A stretch of DNA of 64,000 nt, taken from assembly GCF_037042905.1 (NCBI RefSeq), contig NC_087245.1, forward strand, positions 39,062,001 to 39,126,000. Direction: 5' to 3'. Origin of the DNA: Lytechinus pictus (taxonomy: Eukaryota). Made by a program: the position numbers and the translations under genes. Below are positions 52,150-64,000 of the stretch, piece after piece (the first letter of the stretch is position 1; every line of letters begins with the position of its first letter). Under the pieces are notes generated by a model. It was not told the DNA's origin. It searched no databases and saw only the letters and a list, made by a program, of their open reading frames with translations.

Positions 52150-52201
52150 CTGTTTTATTTTACCGTCTATTCCTTCAATCTTATGGATGACTTTATTAGA
52201 A
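52150..52201 (-). CDS. RCC1L: RCC1L exon (SNKVIHKIEGIDGKIKQ)
   Basis: ttttttcag acceptor, CAG|gtaagt donor, phase 2-0 bridging its neighbours. Confidence 0.85.
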
Positions 52202-52401
52202 CTGAAAAAACAAAAGGATGAAATTGAACTTATTGATTCATTGACTAATTGATAGAGAGCAAGCAATATATCTAAAACCAAATGCACAACTATGCTTAAG
52301 GGCATTTAAACAGTAAATCTGTTGACTACTGGATTCTGGTATTCAGGGCAATCAGTTACCAGTAGGCAATTGGTCAAAGTCACAATGCAACAACTGCTTA
52401 A

Positions 52402-53011
52402 AGGTCAAGTCCACCTCAGAAAATTTTTGATTTGAATTGATAGAAAAAAATCAGACAAGCATAATGCTGAAAATGTCATAAAAATCAGATGTGAAATAAG
52501 AAAGTTATGACATTTAAAAGTTTCGCTTATTTTTCACAAAATAGTTATATGCACAATTCTGTCACATGCAAATGAGAGAATCAATGACGTCCCTCATTCA
52601 CTATTTCTTTTGTTTTTATTGTTTGAATTATACAATATTTCAATTTTTACAGATTTGACAATAAGGATCAACTTGACTGAACCATAAAATGTTAAACAAT
52701 GGTAATTCCACATGTTCAGGGCAAAATAAAACTTTGTTTCACAGGACAATGAGTAGAAAATGAGAATATTTCATATTTCATATAATAAAAATACAAAAGA
52801 AAAACCCGGTAGTGAGTGAGTGATGTCATCAGTGCCCTCATTTGCATACTGACCGGGATGTGAATATAACTATTTTGAGAAATTAAGCAAAACTTAAAAA
52901 TGTCATAACTTTCCTATTTTACATCCGATTTTGATGAAATTTTCAGTGTTGTGCTTGTTAGATTTTTGTCATTATATTCAAATCAACTGTTTGTTGCGGT
53001 GGACTTGTCCT
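52402..53011. mobile_element. TTAA-flanked non-autonomous DNA transposon (Kolobok-like), second family
   Basis: TIR aggtcaagtccacc / ggtggacttgtcct with TTAA flanks; decayed relatives at about 7720-8170, 29140-29409 and 41000-41420. Confidence 0.8.
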
Positions 53012-53429
53012 TTAATCAAAGATATGACACAATAAAAAGGTGAAGAGCATACAAATTAATAAATTTATGATCATCATCATTTTCATAATTTGATATTGAT
53101 CATTCATGATAACTATTGACAATGTTAAAATTGTTATACACTAAATAAATTGTATTAGGGGGCTGTTTCTAAAAGCTGCACATTAATTCTTTGCCCACTT
53201 TGTTCAACTAGTACAGCAGACTGCCAAGTTCGACACAAGTCACATTCGATTCACAATGCACACAGAGTGCATTAAGTCTGTTGTTCGTACACACATACAC
53301 AAAAGTGGTGTGTTCATCGCAGTGTACACACAAATCTTTTACTAATAGACCGATCAAAAGCTATTGTGAGCTGAATTAGCACAGCTCACGCAAAACCCCG
53401 CCAGGGTTACACCTTGAAATTAATGTGGC

Positions 53430-53499
53430 GCAGGAATGATTCTGTCTGTGGCGGGCAAAGAGTTATCTCTTTGCCCGCCACAGACAGAATCATTCCTGC
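53430..53499. repeat. Perfect 33-bp inverted repeat with a 4-nt loop
   Basis: gcaggaatgattctgtctgtggcgggcaaagag-ttat-ctctttgcccgccacagacagaatcattcctgc. Confidence 0.9.
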
Positions 53500-54512
53500 A
53501 GACAGAATCATAACAAAATATTCTACAGTGGCTAGAATATGGAAAGCCATAGGGGTTCTCAATCATTCTTACATTAGTTGAAGTTATATAGATGTTGAAG
53601 ATTCTTACAGCTAGTGTATGTTCTGTCACAATTAAAATGGAATGATGTGAAATTCAGTGAAATCTGTATAATATACTTCACTTCATAAGGGAGAAATGTA
53701 AACCCTTAAAAAATTCTGAGTTTGGCCATTAATTTCTCCCAACTCCAAATTTTACACAATGCAAATTTGATATCATTCAAAAGATCATTTAATATTCTTT
53801 AAAATGATACCATACTTGTTATGATCATGCCATCACAAAAAGAGCAGGATTCAAAAGTGTTGGATGAGGTCTGAATTGAAAAGCAGCAAAACGAGTAGAA
53901 ATGGTTATGAAGGGTCAATAAAGAACATGATTCTTTTGTCTGTGTCAATAAAGATGAAAATCCATTCAAATCAAGCCCCTACTTCTTCATTTTTTATGTT
54001 TAGTTGTGGTTTATGTTGTGATGGTTCTGTGAGATAACATGGTTTGAGTCATGGTTTGAGATACCCATGCACATTTGATTGTTATGTGTTTCCTTGTGCC
54101 ATGTGTGCAGAGGTGTGTTTGATTCCATGTTAATGCTGATGTTAAGGTGCATGAAAACAAAAGAAACCGCTGAGAAACTTGCTCATCACCACAGAAAAAA
54201 GAACAGTGACTTTCAATATTGTATAATTTTGCAACTTTTGAATTTTGACCTTGCCCCACATTTCAAGGCACTGCACCTTCGTGTGAACCATAATCATATC
54301 ATGTATCATTTTAAAGAAAATTAAATGATCTATATGCAACACATGAATATTCACTAAAATCGAGGAGGGGTTATCGATCAAAGTCAGATTTCCAAAAAAA
54401 ATTTGAGGAGTTTATATATAAGCAGGTGGTCTTTATACAAAGGTTCATTTAATACATGTTTCACTGCAGAGTACTACCAGTATTCTAGGAATACCAAACT
54501 TGCGGTCTTTAA

Positions 54513-55116
54513 AGGGATGGTCCGGGCTGAAAATATTCATATCTCAATAAATAGAGTAAAATTCACAGAGCAGAATGCTAAAAATTTCATCAAAATCGGA
54601 TAACAATAAAGAAGTTATTGAATTATAATTTCTTTCAATATTTTGTGAAAGCAGTTATATGCACATCGTCATGAATATTCATTAGGTAGGCTGATGATGT
54701 CACATCCCCACTTTCCTTTTTCTCATGTTATTACATGAAATCATAAATGTTTCATTTTTCATACATGTGTAAATGATGTGTCTCCATTATGATGAAATAA
54801 GTGCGGCAATAAATAACTATTAATGCACTTAATCAGTTGTCAATCCAATTGTTTTAGTTCTTGGTAGAAAAATTTTGAATAAACCTAATTTCATATAATA
54901 AAATACAAAAGAACAAGTGGGGATATGACATCATCAGCCCACCTAATGAATATTCATAAAGACATGCCTAGAAATGTTTCACGGGAATAACGCAAATCTT
55001 TAAAATTCTATAACTTTGTTATTTGTCATCCAATTTTGATCAAATTTTCAGCATTTTGCTCTGTGAATTTTACTCTATTTTTTGAGATATAAATATTTTC
55101 AGCCTGGACCATTCCT
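54513..55116. mobile_element. TTAA-flanked Kolobok-like element, copy of 44276-44870
   Basis: Same TIR and body, TTAA flanks. Confidence 0.85.
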
Positions 55117-55265
55117 TTAAAGAGAAGTGGTCCTTGTATAACAGATGAAAGCGGGTGTGACTCTGTATTCAAATTTTATATTTGGCATTTCTTATGCCAG
55201 TCATTCATTAAACTGTTTGTAACTAAAGATCAGCTTTATGAAACACATGTGATGTTAGCGTTTAC

Positions 55266-55332
55266 CTATAATCTTCATGGGGTATAATGGGCCTTCCACA
55301 CTGACCATGAGAATTATTGCCAAGACTGTATA
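55266..55332 (-). CDS. RCC1L: RCC1L exon (VYSLGNNSHGQCGRPIIPHEDY)
   Basis: AG/GT boundaries, phase 1-2; GNNSxGQCG motif. Confidence 0.93.
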
Positions 55333-55629
55333 CTGCAAATAGAAAAGGAAAGTCAATCCAAATAAAAACACAAGTGCTAAAACCATGATCACTTGACAAT
55401 GCATTGAAATTTGCAAAATAACAAAATCATATGTTCTTCTTTATTTCCAACATACTATATTGTCCTTATGCTATTCTTCGGAAATCTTTATTCATGTACT
55501 GACAACCTTCTTCATCCGTGAAGATAAGCAAATGATATCTCCCACATAAACATAAGTTTCATAAAGCTGTTTGTAAGTTATACGCATGGCTTTTACATGA
55601 GACTGATGACCCTTTCTTGTACTTAGGCT

Positions 55630-56212
55630 ATGGCGCAGTCACGTTTCCCCTATGGCGGCCGTATTGCGAGTAAAAAACAGCCATTTTAACATTTTTTGTA
55701 TCAGCTACATATACGTGGTTTGAATAAAAATGATTATATGACACCTGGATAGATCCTTGTCCTTTGATTGGTTGTTTGATGTTGATCATTCAGGCCATTT
55801 TACAATGACGTCATCATCCATGCAATTTTGGATCCATACGACTTTTCCATTGAACGCGCGTGCAACACTGACCACTGGCAGTGGCCTACACGTAAACTTT
55901 TCGGTCTTATAGTAAGTGTGTTTGTATGTATGCGGCAATCAACAGACCGCATTCGCACTGAATTCAAATTTATAAATGCCAAATGACAAGGATCTATTTT
56001 AGGTGCAATATAAAACAATGAATTTATTCATGCAATGGACAGAATACTTCATGAGGTGAAAGATAAAATGAATGATCAATTTCATCTTATTTCATCTTTC
56101 ACCTCATAAAGTATTCTGTCCATTGCATGAATGAATATTCATTATTTGTATAGTAAAACAGCTGTGTTCGACTAGCCATACGGCCGCCTTGGGGGAAATG
56201 TCACTGAAGCAT
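55630..56212. mobile_element. MITE with a nested palindrome-bearing repeat
   Basis: Outer inverted ends cagtcacgtttcccctatggcggccgtat / atacggccgccttgggggaaatgtcactg; inner palindrome at about 56025-56135. Confidence 0.65.
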
Positions 56213-56520
56213 TAATAATATTAATATATCCCCATGCCCGGGGGGGGGGGGGGGGCACTCACATATATTGGTGGTAAGGGGACCTGCCGCTTTGATGACC
56301 ACCTTTTTCAGACCTAATTTTCAGTTCTCTTGATACCCCAAGACCCCATACTTTACCCATTTAGTCAGTTCCTTAGACCCCCATTTCAAATTTCAGATTT
56401 TTCGTGAGGCACACACCCCCAGCAAAAATAACTTTGAGTGCCCCCCCTTGGGTCCCTATGTAGCTGACCTAGCACCTAAGATCATATGCATTACGTGAAA
56501 TTATTTATTTCTGTACTTAC

Positions 56521-56649
56521 CACCTTCTTCATCTGTAAGTATAAGGGAGTGAGATCTACCACAGGATACCTGAGAAACTCTGGTCTTCCGTGGCTTCTTC
56601 AGAGGTAATGTGATTTCAGTTGGTGATATGATGGTATGCATTCCCTCAA
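56521..56649 (-). CDS. RCC1L: RCC1L exon (VEGMHTIISP...VSCGRSHSLILTDEEG)
   Basis: AG/GT boundaries, phase 1-1; VSCGRxHSL motif. Confidence 0.95.
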
Positions 56650-56682
56650 CTAGCAAATAAGCAGGTGCAACAAAAAAAGAGA

Positions 56683-56985
56683 ATAATAAAAATAATCCGC
56701 TTTTATATAGCGCTTAATACATCGGAACAACGTGTCTAAGCGCTTTACATATATATTACCCCGGTCATCGGATTCAATCGGTCATTCCCGTACACAATGT
56801 ATGCACATCCTCCACTCCTTGGGGAGTATTCCAGTCAGTCACCAGTGAAGCGCACACAGTACTGGACAAGCTACAGTGACTTTCTCATCCTACCGGGTAC
56901 CCATTTAGCACCTGGGTCGAGAGCGGCAAAGTGTGGATTAATGCCTTGCCAAAGGATGCCAAGCTGCGGTGGGATTCAAACACTT
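56683..56985 (-). mobile_element. SINE, subfamily related to 37651-37999
   Basis: Shared tail and gtacccattt...cctgggt core, B-box remnant. Confidence 0.8.
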
Positions 56986-57934
56986 GACACGGAATACAAA
57001 TTTAGAGGGCAGAAAAGAGTTGGCCCAAGTAGGAAACAGTAGTTAATCACTAGTAAATACTAGCTCAAAAATTACATGTACAAGGAAAATGGGAAATGCA
57101 TGGATATACTATAAAATATGCCTCTTGAATATTTTCATGTATTTTCAGGTACTCCATGTACATCTTTAATGAGTACTTCCAAGCATTTACAAGTTTTTCC
57201 CCAGTATTTCCCACCTGGGCGGGAAATGTATAAATCACTGGGAAACTGCCATACCTGGGGCTGAAATTCAAAGATAATTTCATGTAACAGTTTCATTTCA
57301 ATTGGCTATCCATACTATAGTTAAACCGCAACTTTTAGATCATAGTTTAAATTAAAGTTAAAACTGTATTCAGAATATGGGCTAATGCAGACTTGCCAAC
57401 CTTCTACAACCAAAAAAAGTATTCTTATAAGGAAAAAAGGTATTTTTTGACAAAAAAAGAGTATTTTTAAAAATTTGTCTCAACGTAACAATCGCCAGCC
57501 TGTTGTAGTGAGATCGGTGAAAAAACATATGAAATGACTCTACTTGAAAAATTCTTCATAATTCTTCTTCCAGTCTGGTACAGTCCGCCACTGGCGTATT
57601 ATCGTACCTCCCTTTCACCCAATAAACATGTGCTCATAGGCAAGGATTAACTTGTTCTTTTCAGGCAACAAGTTACTGGCCTGACAGTGATTTTTACCTG
57701 GTCTGGGACTGTCGAACCGGCGCTAGTGTCACACGCTGTGTATAATACATACTCCATGATCAGAAATTTTGAAAAAAAGTAACAAATCATACAAAAAAGG
57801 TATTGGTGTATTTATAGCAACAAAAAAAAGGAACAAATACTCTAAAAAGGGAACGGTTGGCATGTCTGCTAATGTCATCATGCGAAAATATTGGATAACT
57901 CCCCATTTCTGAATAGTTTTATTTTTCTTCTTAC

Positions 57935-58064
57935 CACTTGTCATAGCTTTGGGATGATATCCAATCTGCGAGTTTGTATTGATGCCCATACCCCAGACCT
58001 TACTGGTGTCCTGTGTATGGCTGCCAATCAGTGAAAACCCATACCCACAAGATGCTGTTGTGAT
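57935..58064 (-). CDS. RCC1L: RCC1L exon (ITTASCGYGFSLIGS...KVWGMGINTNSQIGYH), the most 5' exon found in the window
   Basis: AG/GT boundaries, phase 0-1; CGYGF and KVWGMG motifs. The ten exons sum to 1071 nt in one frame. Confidence 0.95.
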
Positions 58065-58702
58065 CTGCCCAAGAGAGGAAAAAGATGACGTTAAAAAAAA
58101 ATCAAATACGCAAAAGTCCATTGCGATGAGATAAATTACAATATAATACTCCACAAGAAATGTGAAACAATTCTAGATTGGCAGAGAATAATTTGCCTAT
58201 CTACATGTAATTTGATCAGTATTTCTGGTCAAAATACAAAAGCTCTCAACAACGTTCTGTAGTCCTGTGGGAAAAAAAATCTGCTACACAAATATTTTTT
58301 TCTGTTAATCTTTAAAACATGTGGAGCACATTGATTCCAATGTGATAACTGGGAAAATCATTCCCTGATTGGTGGAATTTGGTTCATAAGAAGCAAGCTG
58401 CAGGTCCTTTTCACTGACAAGTGTCAATTGTGGCGGAGCATGGAGGCATAAAGATAAGATCATTCATATACATATATTTTTTCATATTCAAAGTAACTCT
58501 AAACCAAAATGTATATTATTATAAAACAATATAAAATAGACATGAGTAGTAATTGTAATATTTTGTGTTGTTTCATAAAGTTTTAGAAAGGTAAGATCCC
58601 ATGACATAAGACATTTGCTCCAGACACTTGCTCGTACACATAAAACCAAATCCTAACCGTAAACCTAACCCTAATCATGATCCTGATCCTAATATAATCC
58701 TG

Positions 58703-58883
58703 GGGGCTGTCTCATAAAGCTGTTCAACAGTGTTCGTAAGTTAAGAGCGACTTTAAGAACGACTGGTGAACATTTCTTACACGCTAAACCATCGCCAATA
58801 AATATACCATTTACCACAAGAAAGGATCACCAGTCGTTCTTAAAGTTGCTCTTAACTTACGAACAGCTTTTTGAAACACCCAC
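58703..58883. mobile_element. Palindromic MITE
   Basis: tgttcgtaagttaagagcgactttaagaacgactggtga / tcaccagtcgttcttaaagttgctcttaacttacgaaca; partial relatives at about 55557 and 59340. Confidence 0.8.
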
Positions 58884-59571
58884 CTGAACCCCAAACCCTT
58901 CAAAAGCCAAAATCAAGAACCTTGTGTCTTCTGATATATTAAAACAGATAAAAATATACAAATTTTGGGGTCCATCTTACAAAGAGCTGCCATATAACAA
59001 TAAATTTGAATCAAACCTGAATTGCTGCAATTGATCTAAATTAATTTGTGTAATTAAGTGATAGGATTTTTAGATCTATCACACTTTGAGTTTGATTTAA
59101 ACCTACAGGGCAATTCCATAAAATATGTATATATGTGGGACTTTCATGAAATTCTCTGTCTCTGATTTCTTGTTCTTTTGATAGTATGTAATGCTCTCAA
59201 ATGACCATGACAATGGTCAGTCTATGAAGTGAAGTAAAACTTGAGAAAAATGGGGGTCGGACGTACAAAAAGGTTGATTATTTTATGGAAGTGCCCTACA
59301 TGTACCTATCACAACTCTCTGTAAGACAAAGCCCCAATGAGTATTTCATAAAGCTGTTCGTAAGTTACGAGTGACTTTACATGTATGATCAACTGGTGAT
59401 CCTTTCTTGTGTTAAGTTAATTGAATACACACCAGGGGGTGTTTCACAAAGATTTAAGATTGATTTAGAGTCGCACTTAAATACCGAGTTGCGTACAGTA
59501 TAAAAGGCTTGACCGCATGGGTCAGATCGTGTCATGAGGACGCGCACTACTGCGTATCTGATATGATTTTG

Positions 59572-60250
59572 TAAGTCGCCCTGCGTGGCTGACATGGTTT
59601 TTTGTGCTCTCTGAGCTGTGTATGATTTCTACTGTTTACATGTATTGTTTCTCATTAATAATTGTACCAGATAGGTTTGTTATTTGCAAGGATACTTGTA
59701 GCCAAATTTGCAACTGTATCTTGCTTGTATTGATGAGATATTACTGGATGTTCTTGTACATGGTTTTGATTTGAGCTTGTAAATCTGTAAGCCATTTTGT
59801 ACATGTGTATTATATGTCCAGCTATCACCATTCAAGGTCGCTGAACTTGAACGGACAGTTTCTATCTATTGAATGCCTGCATTTGAAGCACAATGGAGCC
59901 ATTGACACTGTGCCTATTCACTCTCACTGTGCTTTTCAAGTTTTTTCAAGTGTCAACTGCAAGTCTACCTTGTGAAATTGAATACAATACAGGACACCCA
60001 ACTAAGGAGATTCACTGTAAGTACTCAAAACTTCGAGTATCTTATTACTACAATTCGTCTGCAACATTTCAGCTCAAGATACTTCAGTCTGGCGATGTTA
60101 GTCCTAATCCTGGACCAACTAGTGAATACATAACCAGATGTCGTAGTGTTCCTATTCAGTGGAACTCCGACGGAACTAGAGAGCGTATTAAGTACGACAG
60201 GTCGATTTTGCTACGAAGCAATCCTGCGTGGGCCCATTTGAATCCAATGA
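59572..60250 (+). mobile_element. 5' fragment of a CR1/L2-group LINE with an N-terminal ORF carrying a 2A-like motif
   Basis: ORF 59893-60261 contains YYYNSSATFQLKILQSGDVSPNPGP; the sequence interrupts a MITE at about 59570 and runs into low-complexity (ATG)n sequence after about 60250. Confidence 0.65.
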
Positions 60251-63200
60251 CTTTATTATGATTGTAATCCCAACGATGATGGCAATGACAAGAATGGTGA
60301 TAATAATTATAATGTTGATATAATGATGATGGTATAATGATCGTAATTGATCACGAGAATATTTATTACGACAAGATTGGTGATTATGGTAGCAATAATA
60401 GTGATGATCAGAGGATAATATTTTGCTGTGGGGGACAATAATGATGCACCCTATGAACAAAGGATATATCCTCTGCTCCGCCGCCCGCGGTGATGATTAA
60501 TGTTTTATGATGATGACGGTGATAATGACAGTGATGAAGGTGCTGAGATTAATTATGATAATAATCCTAGTTTTGATGATTACAATGATTATGATTATGA
60601 TTATGGCGATTGTGATGGAACGACAGTGGGGGAAGGGGCATGTTTGTCGAGATTGAATTTCATTTGAAAATTAAAGGTAGGTCCTAGACTGAACAGTTTC
60701 ATGAGTGTTTCTCACCAAGGCGAACTTCTACTTCAAGCTAATTACGGAGCTGCAACTCTCTTCAGTTGGTTCGAGATTCGACCCATGAACCTCATATACA
60801 GAGAACGAATGATCAATAACCAGGTAACATAATTGTATACGATGTCAATTAAGGACAAATTTTTCTCCTTATGTCTATTTATCGTATGGTTGACATCACA
60901 ATGAGGCAAAATTTGATTGCATGGTGACTTCTTAAAAAAATCCTAAGTTTGGGATTTTTAAGGGGAAGGTAACACTTATGCTGGATTTTCCCCAACAAAT
61001 ATGATTTTTGAAACTTGTAAGAATGATGGTTGAGTGAACAGGAATTTTAAATTTAGTGTAGCCTATTCATCTTGTAGACCTAAGCAGTGTGTTTTGTGAG
61101 TCGGAGTAATGTGATGGTACCTGTTACAAGCGAGATATGGTAAGACTTGGTTGAAAGGGCATTCATCATCTTTTTGTCATTTTACAAATAAAATTCTTAT
61201 GTATCTCCACCCCCCCCTCAATTTTCCAGACCCCTCTCACTTCCTGGATGGTAGCCTCCCGGGGGTAGCCTTTTCAAAACTTATTTGCCACTGAAGTGAC
61301 CGGTGGCTGATAGTCATTTTTTTTCTTTCTTTTTATTGAATGATTACCAAGAAATTGACTTGATTATAATTTATGAAATACTTTATTGAAAAACTGAATG
61401 TTTGATTGATTACATTGCCCATTGAAATAGTTGATTTATTGATAAATTGTTGATAGGAAAAAGTTGATGCCCCAATTATCATTATAATTAAATTAACATT
61501 CTGCTCTGGACTTCACGCGTACATGACAATAAAAATCAGTCACTCAACAGAAGGGGAGTGCGAGAGAGAGGGAGGGGGGCTAAAATGTTATGTTGACCCT
61601 TTTTCCATCAACCTACTTATCCCACTTACGTCCAATCTCACCCCCTATTTTCCTGACTCCAATGAACACATTGCTGAGAGCCACATGATAATGTTGAAAT
61701 GTTGCCCAAGATGTGTAATTTTTGTTCAATTTAATAATTCATAAAACTTGCTTAAACATTCCTAACTGGTTGATCAATAATTTATCACAACGCCCATAAC
61801 ATTGCAAGTTCCAAAGCCAAATAATTTGCCCCTCAAAAACTGACAAAAAATGGAAGGCTAATTCCAGCCCAGCATAATTTTCATACCCTTTGTTTCAATA
61901 GGCAGTGTTCGCTCAAACGTGATAGTATCTCTAAACATGGGGTATGGTTTTATGCTGGAAAATCCCTAAACATGCATGGCCCCAATTTTTAGATACTTGC
62001 TTTTAGATACATGGGTTCATGCCCCCAATTTTTAGATATTGGCCTTAAACATGGGTCCATATCCGGGGTCCATATTCTCAAATTTGGGGTGATAAACTTT
62101 TTGGTCAAGTTTTAAGCCCTTATTATGCATATCAATTCCTTTTATAGGAAAAGCGCTCCTCACAATTTCCGTATATTTGGCACCGGCCGTTTGGTACCGC
62201 CTTGACTGAACTGTGCGAAGTGTGTGTGGTCTGTGTGTAGAGATAGACCGAGCCTTCAGCACTATTTCTTGGGGGTGCATAAATTGCCATAATTAGGTTT
62301 ATTGTGACATAATAAAATTAATCACTGTAATCAATTAATCACTGGGGGAAAAGGATGTACTTCTCTTCACAAAATGAAGAGAAGTACACGAAGGGAAATT
62401 TTGTACTTTTTGCATGTCATTGGACGGATGAAGACCCTCATTAAAGTATTGCATACGGGTGGAAGTGCTTGTGCATAGCCTATTTTGTGTTTGTAAATGG
62501 TATTCCGTTCTATAGTCTGAATTCTTAACCTTATATCAACTCTTTTCTCTCTTTTGGGGATTTTGTAGATTAGCATCTATCCTGTATTAAATAAACTTGA
62601 ACTTGATTTTGATAATAGTGACCTGAATGTTTTCATAATTTTATATGGCCAACCTCTCCTTCCGGCCCTACCGTTCTATTATGTTTCTTCCTCCCATTAC
62701 AGATCCTCTTCCTCTTTTTCACCCTCCATCTCGAGTAATCACTTTCTTCCTTTCTCACTGACAATATGGAAGGGGTGCAGCTCCGATCGCCTCCTTACAT
62801 CGAGAGGTACACATCGACAGGGCAAAAAAAAAAATCCTTTTAATGGAGACCACCCTGCTGATGTCCACGTTTAATGAAGTGCATATACTTTCACAGTATT
62901 GACATTTCAGAAACTTTTTAACATTTGCTAAGATTTGACGTACACGAGATGACACTCAAAACTTCTTTTCTAAAATCGTGTACCATTATTTGATAACTCG
63001 GTGTAAATACCAATAAATCATGTAATGGACCTCGACACTCTTCATGTAGTCAGCATGTTCGATTGATACACGTTTGTAAAAAGTAAAACACACACATTAA
63101 TTATATAATTGATTTTTTTTTTTTTCTCATGTCTTAAAGGTAAAATAGACCTATGGTTTTATCATAAAGACCAGCTGCCATTAACAAATTTAATAAATAT

Positions 63201-63960
63201 CATCCCGTGTCTTTTCTTTGATCATGTAATGTTTAGAAACATTGCTGCTGCATAATTAGTGTGATTCATTTTTGTTTTGTCAAAATTATCTCATCGGCGA
63301 TTCCGTTCAAAATGCCCTATAATGGGACAGAGAGTTACATGTATATTTGTATTTTACGTGCATTAAAGCCACCGACAAGCTATGAATCGGCTTGGAGAAG
63401 ACATGCACGCAACTGATCTATAACCATGGACCTACTAGTACACAGCAGTAACATACAGACAATGAGGCATTCAGCATGTTCAGGGTTTCACATTCACATT
63501 GAAACGGATTTTTCCTATTGTTAGCTGCTTTGTGATTTTCACACCTTCATCCATTGTTCTCAAAACGTGCTAGACGGCGTAATTGACCAAATTCAGGTTC
63601 AAGGGGTGTTTATAGCTATATAGGGTCGTTGACTTCAACCAAGGACCTATAGATGTACAGTGCAGGCACATTATGGCCCACTCTAGACCGTTGCATGAAA
63701 TCACCCGAAATATCTTAAATATTCATTAATGCATAATGAGGGCGCGAAATCTGATAGTATGGCCTGAAATCTGGACATTTCAAGCACCTTTGTAACTATA
63801 AATATGATGCATATATTTAACCATTAATGCGAACGCGAACCGTGAGCCAATTTTTTTGATAAACTGTCATGAAAAGGGGATTTCAAGTAGTTTGTTGTAT
63901 AATCAATATTGAGACATACATAAATCGCCAATCAAAATGCGAGCGTGCAGCGCTAGCTGA

Positions 63961-64000
63961 GGCGCGATAGCTCAGTCGTAGAGCGGGGGTTTCGGATTCC
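63961..64000 (+). other. tRNA-like 5' half at the window edge, probably a SINE head
   Basis: GGCGCGA-TA-GCTC-AGTCGTA-GAGC D-arm; the D-loop lacks GG and the anticodon stem pairs poorly. Confidence 0.5.

Noticed and set aside
58065..64000. N-terminal RCC1L exons, including the ORF at 62755-62955
   Set aside because: No RCC1-repeat motifs or convincing exon found; the gene start is presumably beyond the window.
63961..64000. Functional tRNA gene
   Set aside because: Truncated by the window edge, lacks the D-loop GG and has a poor anticodon stem; more likely a SINE head.
1..64000. CRISPR arrays, operons or prokaryotic defence systems
   Set aside because: The sequence is eukaryotic with spliceosomal introns, and no repeat-spacer arrays were seen.

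Overview
This is AT-rich, intron- and repeat-rich animal genomic DNA. The repeat and gene style suggests an echinoderm such as a sea urchin (inference only). Two spliced genes converge tail-to-tail. (1) Plus strand, about 7.5-34.2 kb: I assembled ten phase-compatible GT-AG exons into a protein of about 582 aa. It starts with the last residues of a myosin head (VFLKYWH) and one IQ motif, continues through a Pro/Gly/Asn-rich linker and an atypical MH2 domain of the Expansion/Rebuf type (not a canonical Smad), and ends in a tail with a duplicated RxWARV motif. No motor-domain exons are visible in the window. Three separate ATG-initiated, phase-0 candidate first exons (7533, 22665, 26074) would give motor-less isoforms of decreasing length. 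(2) Minus strand, 58064-42541: the last ten coding exons of RCC1L/WBSCR16; its 5' end lies beyond the window. The rest is MITEs, tRNA-derived SINEs, LINE fragments and microsatellites. The notable repeats are a SINE with a 7SL (SRP RNA)-like head and a LINE 5' fragment carrying a signal-like peptide plus a 2A-like motif. All calls were made by eye; no alignments or searches were run.
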